DNA of 64,000 nt from Lophium mytilinum (GCA_010093605.1 MU004184.1:2304801-2368800), one strand, 5' to 3'. Shown: positions 26,502-39,405, counted from the stretch's first letter. Notes: generated by a model from the letters alone, not told the origin. Numbers and translations are program-made.

Positions 26502-27406
26502 TCTGAGAGAAGAACGGATTGATAATTACACAATGGAAAGGTAGGTCTAGAGGTATACCCTTGAAGAAGAAATCAAATGCTTGAACAACTAGGAAACAGA
26601 ACAATATAGACGCGTAAAACCCGCAGATCAGATCGTTGGTGCCTTCAACTTTGTGCGCATTCATCGTATTATATACCACCCCTCACTCCAACACTACACC
26701 AAGCCCCAAACCTGCGCCGCACGTCGCGACAACCACCGCAATGCAGAATTCAAACTATAATTAAGCTTATTCCGGTGCGCTCGCTAGTAAAAATACCAAG
26801 CGCCATGAGGACGAGAGAGGCGCAGCCGTTTTAGGAGTGTTTCACGAAGGGCGCTTCCGGTATTCTGGCATTCCGACGTTGTGTGAGTGTTGTAAGCGCC
26901 CAACACTGAGTTCCTTTATTTATAAGAGCTGTGCCGCACTCTTGCAGCTATGCGTTGTTGAGCGCCAGGAAAGAGGTCATTTGGGATTGGCGATCGGGCT
27001 GGTTATTTCTAACTGATGGCGGCGAGGATGCAAGGTGGTGGGATTATGAAACGCCAACATTTGTGGGTTGTACGACCAACGAACATTCTGAGATCATGAG
27101 GATGATTCGAATGACGGGAGTGCTTGAAACCGATTATACTCGTTGTAAGCATCGGCGAACTCTCGAGCGTAGAATCGATTGGTATCTTCGAGACTCGTTG
27201 TGATTCGCTGTTTTATGGGTGCACGTGACATAGGTTTCATTCATCCTCTCCATCTCTCCACTAGCTCTTCCGTTGTGGATGTTTGAAAATCTATTTCCAT
27301 TAATTTGAGTATCGAGTTCAATAACGCCAACCAATGCTACGCAATAAAGTTTTCCACAGCAGTATAAATCGACAAGGCCTTTGCAGGAAGGAGACAACAC
27401 TCGTGC

Positions 27407-27956
27407 TTATTTCCCCTTCGGGTTATTGTAGTGGGACTCGTAAAACTTCTCAGGCCATATCCCAGAGCCCTATTGCAAGTCACGTCAGCCTACGAAATCC
27501 GGGAAGATACATTATACGCTGTACCCACTTTCGCCGTCTGGCTTGAGAAGTTTTCTTTGAAATACTCCGTATCAACACCTGAAAGATGTCAGTTGGAGTT
27601 CGTGAGGATCGTGATGTCGAGGGCAGTACCCTTGGCATCTGCGTGTCGTGGTGTTTCGTCGTTGGGGTCGCCTGACGAATATTCGTATTAGCAAATGTTG
27701 CGATTGTAGCGGTCTTCAAGAGCAAGGCCCATGAAGTATCAGGAGCTAAATAGGAGCCTCGAAAGAGATACTGCATACCGCGCTTCGTTCCCGTGGCCGG
27801 CGTGTGAGTTCTCGCTCCTCCCCCTGATGACCATCGATCCTCTATCCTCTTGACGGCTTTTGTGCGGAAGATGTTGGCTGGCGCGAAATAAAAGGCTGTC
27901 CCGACGCAACCTGCTCCAATGGCGACATTCCGGATGTTGCGGGGCGTGAAAGACAT
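27407..27956 (-). CDS. Small multi-exon hypothetical protein with N-terminal hydrophobic segment
   Basis: MSFTPRNIRNVAIGAGCVGTAFYF...IEDRWSSGGGARTHTPA, with GT-AG introns leading to a last exon GSGIWPEKFYESHYNNPKGK*. Confidence 0.65.
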
Positions 27957-28475
27957 TGTTAGAGACAGAGAAGATGCCTAAAAGTCCGAATGTATGAGAT
28001 ATTATTGAGATTCAATGTTCATCAAGTTGATAGAAGGATTAAGAAAATGGCGCTGAGCGAGACATTTTGATAATACATAACTAGCTGATGAGATCACTAA
28101 AGGTAACCTCTAGACCCTTGATGGTCTTTCGCCAGGGGTCTGTTATGTCATTCCCTTTGAAAAGTGAATATGGGCGTCATCGACCTCTCGATTTCTATAT
28201 ACGGCTTAGCGAGATCTCACGCGGCTGTACCTAGGGCTGAGGCTGAATCTCGGCAAACGCGGGCTGAGAACTCCTTGGCGTGCTGAGGGTTACGCAACGC
28301 CATACCGAAGGGGTAGGCGTCTGCGTGTCCATAACTTTTCTCAACACCACGTCTACATCGTGAACCTACCCGCCCAACTCACCTAAGTCGCTCTTTCAAC
28401 GCTGAATGCCGGACATATTGCACGGGAGTGGTGGAGTGATTTCATATAGGGGAATCAGTGGCAGCCTTCTCCAGG

Positions 28476-29943
28476 ATGGACGGTGATCCAGCTGTAGAGC
28501 CAGAGTTGGACGCTTTCAGTCGCATACTGCCTTTACCTTACAGAGTCGCGTTGATTATAGTATTGGGTATGTAGTACTATGTATAGGGAGTACCAAAATG
28601 CAAGCTGACCATCTTCAGGTGTATGGGCATGGGGATTGAACCTTCACTACCTTTCCCTTATAAAAATTGTACGTTTCCTCATGGCACCAAATCCAACAGA
28701 TACTAATGATTGCAGGATGTGCCTGCCTTAATTCGATACCCTTCTCGCGCCTCTCCAACCCACCCGCCTCACCACCTCTCCTGCTATCGCGTCGCAACCT
28801 TCCTCACCATCCCCCTCGCTGTCTCCCTCCTCTTCTTCTGGGCCCTGACCCATGGCTCCGCTGCCGCAGTCCAACGATGGGAAGTCCTCCCACAACTATA
28901 TCTACTGGTCCTCGTCTGCGCCTTTGCGCTCCCCATACCGTTTCTCTCGCGCTCCGGCCGCTTTCGCACCCTCGCGACATTCAAGCGCATTAGCATAGGC
29001 GGCCTAGCTGAGGCGCAAGATGGAAAGTTTGGTGATATACTACTCGCCGATGCCCTCACCAGCTACGCAAAGGTTCTTGGGGATCTATTTGTGGCGCTGT
29101 GCATGTTCTTTTCCTCCGAACACTCGTCAACAGGGCGGCCGGACCGCGCGTGCGGTGGGAAATTCATAGTGCCGTTTGTTATCAGCATACCGAGTTTAAT
29201 ACGGCTGCGGCAGTGCTTGATTGAATATTTCAGGGTCAGGAATGGGAATAAAAGGAGTGGTGGCGTGGCGAGTACAGGATGGGGAGGGGTGCATTTGGCG
29301 AACGCTCTGAAATACTCGACCGCGTTTCCGGTGATTATTTTGAGTGCGTTGCAGAGGGGGTATGATCCGGCGAATATTGGGATGAGTGAGGCTGGGCTGT
29401 TCCGGTTGTGGTGAGTGAGAGACCTCCTGTGAGCTTGACCCTCTGGTTACTAACGATTTTGGAATATAGGCTTTTCTTCGTTTTCCTAAACTCCTTTTAC
29501 TCTTTCTTCTGGGACGTCGCCCGCGATTGGGACCTCACCCTCTTCAGCACTTCCCAAGCTCGCAACTCCCCCGAGCATCCCTATGGCCTTCGCCGTCACC
29601 GTTACTTCCACGCTCCGGAGCTCTACTACGGCGCTATTGTGATAGATTTTATGCTTAGGTGCACTTGGAGTTTCAAGCTCAGCCCGCATCTGGACCATTT
29701 CAACGATCTAGAAGGCGGCATATTCCTAATGGAAGTACTCGAGGTGCTAAGGCGCTGGATTTGGATTTTCTTTAGGGTTGAGACCGAATGGGGTGAGTGA
29801 CCATTTCCTATCGCAACCTGATCTACCAGGCTGACGGGTCGCATTTGCTGACGTTCGAAAACACAGTCCGTAATAATCGTGGCCCGGCGCCAGATGATAT
29901 CCTACTTGGCGATATGGGTAGCCAGAAGTACGATTCTGATTAA
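28476..29943 (+). CDS. ERD1: EXS-family membrane protein Erd1 (ER protein retention)
   Basis: MDGDPAVEPELD start; motifs FGDILLADALTSYAK, RLRQCLIEY, HLANALKYS, SFFWDVARDWDL and LRRWIWIFFRVETEW; four introns; stop at 29941-29943. Confidence 0.93.
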
Positions 29944-30254
29944 GGCTACTCGCGTTGAGACATTGGTTTGCGCCTTTTCCGGCATAGCATAGCGACAAGA
30001 GGCGCTGTGTTTGTAGGTACGTTTTTAGTACGGCGTTGATAAAGAAAAGTACCGAAAGGGGAAGATATGAATTAGTAATCTTATAAGCAGCTCGGGCGTG
30101 ATCTTTTACGCTACATAGATACCATGCATCGAAGCATTCTGTAAGACTTATGCCCATCTTGTGCACGTGCATGCCAAGACTCACAGTTTCATAAACCTCT
30201 TCGTCGCGTTTAGAACTCTTCGCCCTCACTTCCACCTCACCTCACTTGTCAAAT

Positions 30255-31218
30255 ATGGGTCGCAAGAAGAAGACTTTCATATCTCTGGAAGAATTGGAGA
30301 AGGGCGAGGAAGGGGAAACCCAAGGCGAACTGTCTGAAGACGCCCACAAAGCGGACTCCCGAAAAGCGCCAGTGTCTGTTTTCCTGCAGACTTCCTCCCT
30401 TTCCTTCATGCTTACATTATCCTAGTGGCTCTATGAGATCTCCAAACAGTCTGCGCAATGTCGTCCCAGCAGCATACTCCAAAGAAGAGCGAATGTCGGT
30501 AATATTCTTAAATTATTTTCCTATATTTAACACTGACTCGGCATCATCAAATAGTGGCCTTGAAAACGAACGTCAATCTCCCTTGCTGCGCCTCCCTACC
30601 AACATCCGCAATCGCATCTACAAATACGCCACCGAGAGCTGCTGGGTACACATCAGCTATGTCGTACGGGGAGAGACCTTGACCCCGGGCGACTGCTGGG
30701 GCGTACCCCAGCCTTCCTACTTTCAACGCGTTTATCATCCTGACCAACTTGGCGGCTACTACTACACCTTCCGCCTCGATCCGAGATTTCCACTCGGACA
30801 CAGACTCGGTAACCCAGAGCCAAACCGCCTTCCACTTGTTTGCGGCCAGCTGTACAAGGAGACCGTGCTATTGCCGTACGAACGCAACGTATGGTTGTTC
30901 GAGGATGCGCACGTGTTCCGGCAGTTTGTGGAGAAGGACCGGAAATGGCCGGTGGCGCAGCGGAGAGCGGTCAGGACGGTGATGACAGCTAGTGAGCTGT
31001 ATGTCAAGGATCTATGGAAGAAGCTGTTCTTGCGGCTGGAGACGGTGATCGTGCGGGGACAAAAAGGGGAGCTCACATACGTAGACCCGCGGCTGAAGAA
31101 AGAGACTACTGCTGGGACGGTTAAGGGTAAAGGCAAAGCGACAAAGAACTCGTTCGGAAAAGCGAAAGGATCAAGGAAGAAGAAGAGTGAGCGAGTGGAA
31201 CTCAAGGAGGGAGAGTAA
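30255..31218 (+). CDS. F-box-like hypothetical protein (SPLLRLP.IRNRIY type)
   Basis: Motifs QSPLLRLPTNIRNRIYKY and LPLVCGQLYKETVLLPYERNVW; Lys-rich tail; probable 5' exons from ATG 30255 (exon boundaries tentative). Confidence 0.7.
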
Positions 31219-32009
31219 TGGTTTTTTCGGAAGAGTGAAGCTGCAGAGAGCGGATTCGAAGCTAAAAGGAGGAGTAAAAGATGCGCAGCTGGTAATACAG
31301 GTGCAGGCGTGTCTGTTCCCGAAACACGATAACCCAATGCACTACTCAGGCACAGTTCCATGCTCCACTTGAGTAATCGGTAGGTCACGGTTCCTCGCTC
31401 GAGTGGCCTAGTCTCTGAATGTGCGTCTTAGATCCCCCCTCTAATCAAGCGAAGTCGTACGACTACATACCTTTGTACCCTCCAGCACCTACAGCAAAGT
31501 CTACACCCCTACTTACTACTGTCCGAGGTCCCTTCATTGCCTTATCAGACATTCAGATAAAATGTAAAGCCGAGACAGGGCAGATTACAGCGATTCCGGA
31601 CGATTCCAATCGACTTACCAAACTGTGACAGATGTCGTTTGGAGTAATCTGTTGAGTGACTAAAAAGTGAAAAGCAAAGTCAGACCCAATTGCAAGAGTT
31701 AGTGCGCACACTCATGTCATAGCATTTGTAATGATTATTCAACTTAACGAGGGGCGTCGACGACCTCACGACTGTAAGAGATTTTGAGCGGAATGGAAGA
31801 TAGCAACAGAAGTTGGGAGTACGGCAAAGATGTTCAGAGTAAGCAGACTCGTAAGAAGCTGCAGAAACCCCGCCTATAATGGCAGTCTTGTGCCTGGCAC
31901 TTTAAGAAAATGACTTGACTGACAGACGAAAGAAAAGCTGGAGAAATTGATCCCAGCCCTTAAACCCTTCGGGTTCTTTCAAACATAACCTCATCGTGCC
32001 AGAGCCGCC

Positions 32010-33232
32010 TCAACCTTGCTTGCTCTTTCTAGGTCTCAGAACACGGGTCGTCACCAGCTCCACAGCCCTCGAAGAAGATGTTTCGTCCTCGCTCTCACCT
32101 GTCAAGTCTGGATCCACCTCCTCAGGCGCACAGCCCTTAGGAAAGAGGTCGGCATCCGTCCTCTCCAACCCCTCAAACTCATCTGCCAGAGCCTTCAACA
32201 TGCTTTCTCCCACGTAATCATGATCTGCGAACTGTTTTGGATAAGGCAGCATATCGTCCATTTCCTTCTCCGTAGCGCCCCACCGGATCGTCGTCGACTT
32301 CGGAGTAGCAGCGATCAACGACTTCATCATAGCTATGAGCTCCCTTGGTGCTTCAGTAGACTTGCCCAGGAAGAAATCTCGTATCGAGCTATAAGTGAAT
32401 TTCTTGCAGTAGCTGAACACCACGCGCAGCTCCTTCAGCTTTGGCATGTAGTGCAGAGCGCGGTATCTTGCAGGGTTCACCGCCAAATTCGCCTCTGTTA
32501 GCCCCCTTCTGCACTTGTCGTAGACTTCCGCATATTCCTGTAGCGGGTTGAAGTTGAAGGTCCGATCAGAATTGAAGGACGGATAGGAGTTGTGGTGAGA
32601 GTATTGTGTCGTCGTCGTAAGATTGAACAGCATGACGAGCCGCTGGATCTGCTCAATATCCCAGTCATGTTCAATGATCTCCTTCCCGTAGAACTCGCCT
32701 TGGTAGGGGGAAGGGAAGGGCGGGGCCCGTCCCCCGTCGAAGTGATGTGGGATGTCGATGTGGCATGCTTCGTAGAAGGTAGCAAGGAAGGTATGCGTGC
32801 GGTACAGAACCTCCTTGGCCTCCTCATTCACCTGCTTGGAACATTGCAGGAGAGCGACGAATCCAGCCTCTTTTTCTCTGCCTATTTTCGGCCCTCGATA
32901 GGTGTTGGCATTGTAGATGACCTTGTTCCGGAGCGTGTCTTCAGCGAGTGGTTTGATGATATACTCGTAGACTAGGTCGCGGAGTTCGCGAGGCAGGTCA
33001 AGGAAGCGGAAAGGGCCAACAGGTTCCCAGAGAGGCTCAGGCTTTTGCTGGGGCGTCGGTTGAGGCTTGGTGGCTTTGCTTGTCTTCCCCCATTTGCTAA
33101 AGTGGGGGGTGTCAACCTTTTCTCCGCGCGTACGCTTCCTAGTAAATCGATTAGGATGGATTCTCAATTGTATGCTTTGCGATGAGGGGGATCAACGTAC
33201 TGAGATATAGACGCTCTAGTAGCGGCTGGCAT
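32010..33232 (-). CDS. F-box-like (FRFLDLPRELR) family protein, paralog 3 of 4
   Basis: Motifs FRFLDLPRELRDLVY, CSKQV, HIDIP, WDIEQI, RYRALHYM and RTDADLFPKG. ATG 33232 with phase-2 intron 33139-33200. Confidence 0.85.
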
Positions 33233-33592
33233 AGCTACGATGACCTGATAGGGGTGTGGATTTTGTGACTACCGGCAAGTTACTCGAGGTTGGGTGGTAT
33301 TCTCAGAGGAGGTGATGGTGCGGGTAAGTGAGTTATCCTTTGTAGGACGGCTGAACCCTTAAGGACACGAACGTCTTAAGGGCATGGTTCTGGTGGTGAA
33401 ACGATTGCAATCTGCGTGTTGCGATCAACTAGCGTTGTCTTTCTTTCAATGGTAACGAGCATTCACTGCCCATTCTCGCCCCACCGTTCAAGACTACCTA
33501 ACCAACCTCAACGAACTCCTTCGTCTTAGTCATTAACACCGTTCTAGAGAACCAGCAACCGCCACATAACGCCATAAACACAACCCCACAAC

Positions 33593-34867
33593 ATGTCTGT
33601 GTCATCTGCGTCCGCCAAGCCTGATTCGCCACACACCACGTACGTGATTCCTCTCCACAATAATCCAACTTTGACTAATGCACTTAACAGGAAGCGCAAG
33701 CTCGACGAAAATTCCATTGTCTGCTTCAGCAACAAGAAGAATAAAATGTCCGAAGATATCAAGTCTGTGTCGGAGATTTCGGTGGAGGCCGAGCTTGTCA
33801 CCCCATTTCGCTTTCTCGATCTTCCTCGCGAACTTCGCGATATGGTCTACGAATACGCATTTCAACCACTGAGCGAAAGCAACTACACTCGTGGTCCAGT
33901 CATCTTCAACAAACCTCACCCGACTTCCTTTCTCCATCCTCCCAAATCCTTTCACGGCCCTCTTAAGAATCTCGCTCTCCTAGGAACCTGCAAGCAAGTC
34001 AAAGAAGAAACGCAAGAGGCGCTGTACAGGAAGTACTACTTCTGGGTTGGCTTCTCCTACCGCTATCGTATTAGACCACCCTCCAAGCGCCCTCCAACCC
34101 TGCGCCACTTCGACGTTCCGGAGACCTACTTCCCAAGTCTGTCGTCGTGCCCGCCAGCCTGCGCAGATCCCTCGCGAATGATCAACCACCAGTGGGACAT
34201 CACACACATCCGCATGTTAATTTTGACGTTCGAATGCACGGCAAACGCCCTGGGAGGCTCCCTGTGGGAAGAGTATGAACCCCTCTGGGACTTCGAAGAC
34301 CCCGATAACAACTCGGTTGCGTATCCATGCCGTTTCAGGGCGCTACACTACATGCCCTCCCTGAAAGAGGTCCGTATCTTGATTCAGTACTCCGACAACA
34401 CATATGGAGCTTTGCGACGTTTCTTGAAGGGAGAGGTGAAGGAGGCGCCGGATACACTGAAGCAAATGATGCGCTCGCTGATTTCTGCGGTTCCGAAGGG
34501 TGTGGAAATCATGTGGGGGATCACTGGAGCAGAGGCGAGCAAGCTCTTCACACACTTTTGGCAGTACTGGCAGCCGGACAGAGAGAAGGCCCTGGGGTGG
34601 TATGAGTTCGCGCTTGCGAGTTGGAAAGTGTTGAAAGGGGTAGTGGACGAAGCTGGAGACGGAGTGGTGCGAACGGATGCAGAGGTGTTTGTTAAGGGTC
34701 ACAGCACTGGGACCGGAGTTGGTGTTGGAGCTGATGAGCTTGAGGACTCTGAGTGCTCTGGAGACTCCGGCGTGTCTAAGGATGCTGATATCTCTCAGAG
34801 CTCTATTGTCTCTCAGAATTTTGATGTCTCTGAGAACTTCACTGGGTCAGATGCTGAAGCGGAGTAG
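33593..34867 (+). CDS. F-box-like (FRFLDLPRELR) family protein, paralog 4 of 4
   Basis: Motifs FRFLDLPRELRDMVY, TCKQV, HFDVP, WDITHI, RFRALHYM and RTDAEVFVKG; in-frame 51-nt phase-2 intron 33640-33690. Confidence 0.85.
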   Translation: MSVSSASAKPDSPHTTYVIPLHNNPTLTNALNRKRKLDENSIVCFSNKKNKMSEDIKSVSEISVEAELVTPFRFLDLPRELRDMVYEYAFQPLSESNYTRGPVIFNKPHPTSFLHPPKSFHGPLKNLALLGTCKQVKEETQEALYRKYYFWVGFSYRYRIRPPSKRPPTLRHFDVPETYFPSLSSCPPACADPSRMINHQWDITHIRMLILTFECTANALGGSLWEEYEPLWDFEDPDNNSVAYPCRFRALHYMPSLKEVRILIQYSDNTYGALRRFLKGEVKEAPDTLKQMMRSLISAVPKGVEIMWGITGAEASKLFTHFWQYWQPDREKALGWYEFALASWKVLKGVVDEAGDGVVRTDAEVFVKGHSTGTGVGVGADELEDSECSGDSGVSKDADISQSSIVSQNFDVSENFTGSDAEAE

Positions 34868-35210
34868 ACGCAAGGCGGTTAAACCGGGGCTTCGTTTGAT
34901 AGAGTACTGGAGAGTACGCACTTCAGGTAGGGGTGACTTTCCTTTCCTCTACTTTTTTCCGATTCCGATAGGCACAGCATTTCTTGTCACTTTAGGAAGC
35001 AGTGTTCTCACGATATCACAACACAAGTCTAGCAATCGCTATAAAGTTTGAAGAAAGTAGGCATGAGATCCTATCCTGTCGCAACGAAGAAGTTGAAAAA
35101 CTAGAAAGCCGTTCAGGGTCCTTCGTAAGGCAACACAAAGTGCGAATATGTAGACACTTGTCCATACCCCAAGGACCACCTAGCCAGATACACCAGCTGT
35201 ATTCAAAGTT

Positions 35211-35681
35211 CTAGAATCGGTAGCAGTAATACCGTGCATAGCACGTCTCCTTTTCCCCGTCCTTTTCCTGGAAAAGCTCCAACCCATTCGCCATGTAACA
35301 CATCAACCACCCCTTATTATCAACCCCATACCCATACGGTGGCACCGGAAGCGATCCGTCATGCGGCGCCCATCCCACGTTGTCAATACTCATCCTGAAT
35401 CCAGACTGGTTGAACGCGGCGATGCTGTACTTGTCTGCCTGCAGTGTATGGCCTTCGACCTTGGGGAGTCTGCCTTTGTTGTCGATTAGCTTTTGGTACC
35501 AGGTGGGATCCGAGGGCGCGTATTCAGGGGACTGCTTGTAGTACGCGAGGCTGACGTGGGTGGTGCAGTTTGTAATGGCGTAGCTGTCGAAGGGCTCGAC
35601 GGGTTGGGGTGGGCTGCTGGGGGAGGAGAGAGTGGAGCTGATGAGGGAGCAGAGGAGCGCGACGAGAGTCGAGCTATACAT
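35211..35681 (-). CDS. Small secreted cysteine-containing protein (156 aa, effector-like)
   Basis: Signal peptide MYSSTLVALLCSLISSTLS; four Cys in the mature part; ends CYARYYCYRF*. Confidence 0.75.
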   Translation of the reverse strand: MYSSTLVALLCSLISSTLSSPSSPPQPVEPFDSYAITNCTTHVSLAYYKQSPEYAPSDPTWYQKLIDNKGRLPKVEGHTLQADKYSIAAFNQSGFRMSIDNVGWAPHDGSLPVPPYGYGVDNKGWLMCYMANGLELFQEKDGEKETCYARYYCYRF

Positions 35682-37505
35682 TTTGGATGGTGACGAGTGA
35701 TATTGATATTGATGTTGATTGTGTGGAATAGTTAGGGTATGAGTAAGATAAATGAAGTTTTTTGCGGATGTAGAACGTTTCAATAGAGTGAGGCCATTGT
35801 CGTACTAGCACCACTATCTCTAGTACATGGCTTTGTTTGATTGGGCATGCAACAAGGAAGAGTTAGCATTCCTTTGATCTTTTAGAACAAGGAGTATGGA
35901 CATCACGTGATGTCAATATTTGCGTCAGCTTGCTTACTCAGCAGAGGTCTCATCTCGACTTTACCTGGTTCCACCCTACTGCTTCGCTCTTATAACATCG
36001 AAACAGTCTTCTCTGGCTGCATCATCTTCCCATCCACTCGACACTGCATTAGAGCTCGCTGCCCTATCACAATACCTTGCGGCTCCAATGGCGATATTCC
36101 GACTGAGCATAGGACACCAAACTGATGTGGTTGCTCTTCCTGCCTACGTAAGAGATTAGAACGACCTCAGGTCGCTCGTCTTCATAGCGACAAACTCTTA
36201 GAGGTCTAGTGCTAAGAGTCAACGGCCCATTTAAAGAAAGCAATAAAGAGAAAATGCGGATTGGTGGTGGGCTTCGCCGATTCTCTTCAGCCCTGCCAGC
36301 TGCTCTCATCATCAGCTAGCCTTTCGAAGGCATCTTCCTAATTCTTGTCACTACAAGCGCCCCAAAGAACTATCTCGGTTATTTCGAGCTTTCAGAATTC
36401 AGGTATCCAGCTTTCTCCAGGTATGAAGTGTATTCGTCTATATTGAGTCAGCAATATGACTATTGCTGATGCTTGCAAATGTTCTGATTATCGGTTTCCT
36501 GGTCTTCAGCTCTAGACTGAGGGTAAGGTCAGCCACCTCATGAGTCATTGGAACAACCCTTCTCTCTGTACCGTTGAGCACAAAAACAGAGTTCCAACAG
36601 TCCAAGCGGAACTCTCGAGGCTGGGTATCCCATTATAACAGCCGCTTCGTTGCTAGGCTCGCAGCTCATCCATGTTTACGTAGCGCGAAGAGATTGAACC
36701 AGTACGCCCGGTCGATGGATTGGAGCTGAAGCCGGTTCTACCGTCTGCTATGAAGGTCCTCGATCGAGAGCTCATGGCGTCACGCGCTCGGGTGATGCTA
36801 GAATGGGAGGTTTTCGAGCTGTCTGTAAGTTTTGCCCTCGATATCTGTCCTTTTTCATGTGGCTGATCAAACTCTAGAACGATGAGGGACGTCGGAGCTT
36901 CGAAAATTGCGCATTCTTTTACGATTTAGCCTGGACAATCTTTTGGATCGTTTCATGCTCTTGCGACAAATTCCTTCGTTTATCTTGATTTTAAAAACGG
37001 TGCTCTCTTCAAAGGCTATACGTGAGAATAGGTGCATAAACAGATTCCTTGAATCCGTGGGGTGTTAGGCCCCCTTCTGTACATGGGTTTTGATATGTAG
37101 CGTGGGGAGGAGGTGAGCACTATACTCCATCGGATCTATCCCTCGCTCAAGATGCCCTGCATTTCATTCCTTCCAATGGAGCGTATAGTTTCTGCGTATA
37201 CTATACCGGATTCTCTGCCGCACACACCCGCAGTGGTGGATCTACTACAATCAAATCGAAGTTCGATGAAACTGGCCTCTAAGAACTTGGATGGAAGTGG
37301 TTTAGCGTGCTGACGCTGCTAAGGATGCGCCAAAATAGCTTCCATAATCTTCCTCCTCAAACTTATCAATCCGCATGCTGCTGACTCGCTAACCCTACAG
37401 CTGACGACAGATAATAATTTAGGCCCAAAGTATTTAAGATAAGAAAGACCATGACGGACCTTGCAGAAATTATACCTCTCTTATTCCTTTTAGACGGAAA
37501 ACACC

Positions 37506-39241
37506 ATGACATCCGCCATCACAACTGAGTTTGGGACCGCGATCCCCGCATTTGGCTCGGGTGACTCTAATCATATTATCACGAGTCATTTGCCAACATG
37601 GGACGCCACCGTGGCCTTTGGGAATTTCGATATGTCGATGTTGATGCGTATAAAGACTTTGTACCCGCGAATGATGCCCCATAAATACATTGCTCAAGTC
37701 AGCCCCGAACCTTGGCTCATTCCTCTCCTCGCTATGCTAACATCGAACAGCTCACAGAAAAAATTGTTGCTTTGAGCGGAGTAGAAGGCAAAAGATGCTT
37801 CCTCTTTCCCTCCGCTGTGTCAGCCGCTCAATGCGTCGAATTTGCAACTTCTGAAAACCGAGGGAAGGGCGCGGTGCCTAAAGATAACATCTTCATTCGT
37901 ATCTTTGATGTTCATATCAGGGTATGGGCCGTTTTCTTCCCGCCTCCGCCACCATTCGGCCCCGACCACAAGCCCCCAGGCGTTATGGGATCATTTTGGT
38001 CGAACGCCGGAGTAGGACTATCCACACGCCAGGGCGCAGATGCAATGGATCACATCGAATTGCTTCATGAAGTCTCAGCCACCGATCCGTTGACCATAGC
38101 TGAGTCCTCTGAGTCTTTTGCTACACTTCGCAAACGCATTACGTCTCTTATCCAGCGTGCACCTATCGATGAAGCTCGAGCGGCGAAGGTCACACCCGAT
38201 GATGTATATCTTTACCAGACGGGCATGTCCTCTATTTATAGCATTCATCGTTACCTTCTCTCCTCATCACGGTCTGGATCTACTGTGCTTTTCGGCTTCT
38301 CTTTCCATTCCACCTTTCATGTCTTCGAAGACTTTGGCCCCGGCTTTAAACTCATCGATAGCAGAACGTCCGAGAACCTAGACGAGCTCGAGAAATACCT
38401 TAAATCGGAGAAAGACGCTGGCCGCTTCGTTCAAGCCGTTTGGTCCGAATTCCCTTCCAACCCGGCCCTCACAGTGCCTGACCTCGTGCGCCTCCGCACG
38501 CTAGCCGATGAATATGGTTTCATTCTGGCTGTCGACGACACCATCGCTTCCTTTTGCAATGTCGACCTCCTTAGTACCGCTGACGTTCTTGTGTCTTCCC
38601 TCACAAAATCTTTCTCCGGCTATGCAAACGTCATGGGCGCCTCCGCTGTCCTCAATCCCTCGTTGCCTCAATACAGCTTCTTGAAACACCTCTTCGCCTC
38701 AGACTACCAAAACGACCTCTACAACGCCGATGCCGATGTCCTCGAAAAGAACAGTCGTGACTACCTCGAGCGCTCAGCTATCCTCAACGCAAATGCAGAA
38801 AACCTTGCAACCTACCTAGTCGCCCGCTCCCAGCTCCCCGATTCTTGCATTAGCCGCGTGCTCTACCCTTCCACCATCCCATCTGTCGCAAACTTCACAC
38901 CGCACCTCCGTCGCACGACGCCAGATTTTAAACCGGGGTATGGGTGCTTGCTAAGTGTAGAGTTGAAGACTATCGAGAGCACGATTGCGTTTTATGATAA
39001 CCTAGATGTACATCAGGGCCCGCATCTTGGCGCGCACTTGACACTCGCGCTACCGTATGTGAGAGGGTTACATGCGAAGGAGTTGGATAAGGTGAGTGAG
39101 TTTGGGTGCTTGCCGACGCAGGTGAGGGTCAGTGTAGGGTTGGAGGACGGGGCGGCGTTGAGAGAGATATTTGGAAGGGCGGTCGGGTTTGGGGATGAAG
39201 CTTTCAAGAAGGAAGAGCAGGCGAAGAAGGCTATTGCTTGA
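37506..39241 (+). CDS. PLP-dependent cystathionine gamma-synthase-like enzyme (Cys/Met metabolism family, Str2-like)
   Basis: Motifs HLPTW, YPR, VYLYQTGMSSI, EFPSNP, LAVDDTI, SLTKSFSG (PLP lysine), GYGCLLS, GPHLG and VRVSVGLE; intron 37698-37750. Confidence 0.9.
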
Positions 39242-39405
39242 AGGTGGTAACAGCTGCTGATATGCTCATTACGTTGTCTCGGATATTTGTATTGACAGTC
39301 ACGTGACCCTCGGTATTCACATCCTCCTAATTCGCCCATTAGACGAAAAAGTACAACACACACTCTAAGATAGGGTCACCACCCCACTCACTTCCAGCAT
39401 TCAAC

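Noticed and set aside
36400..36960. Coding-like fragments with an apparent intron (gtaagt...ctgatc...tag)
   Set aside because: No ORF of useful length or recognisable motif; cannot support a gene call.
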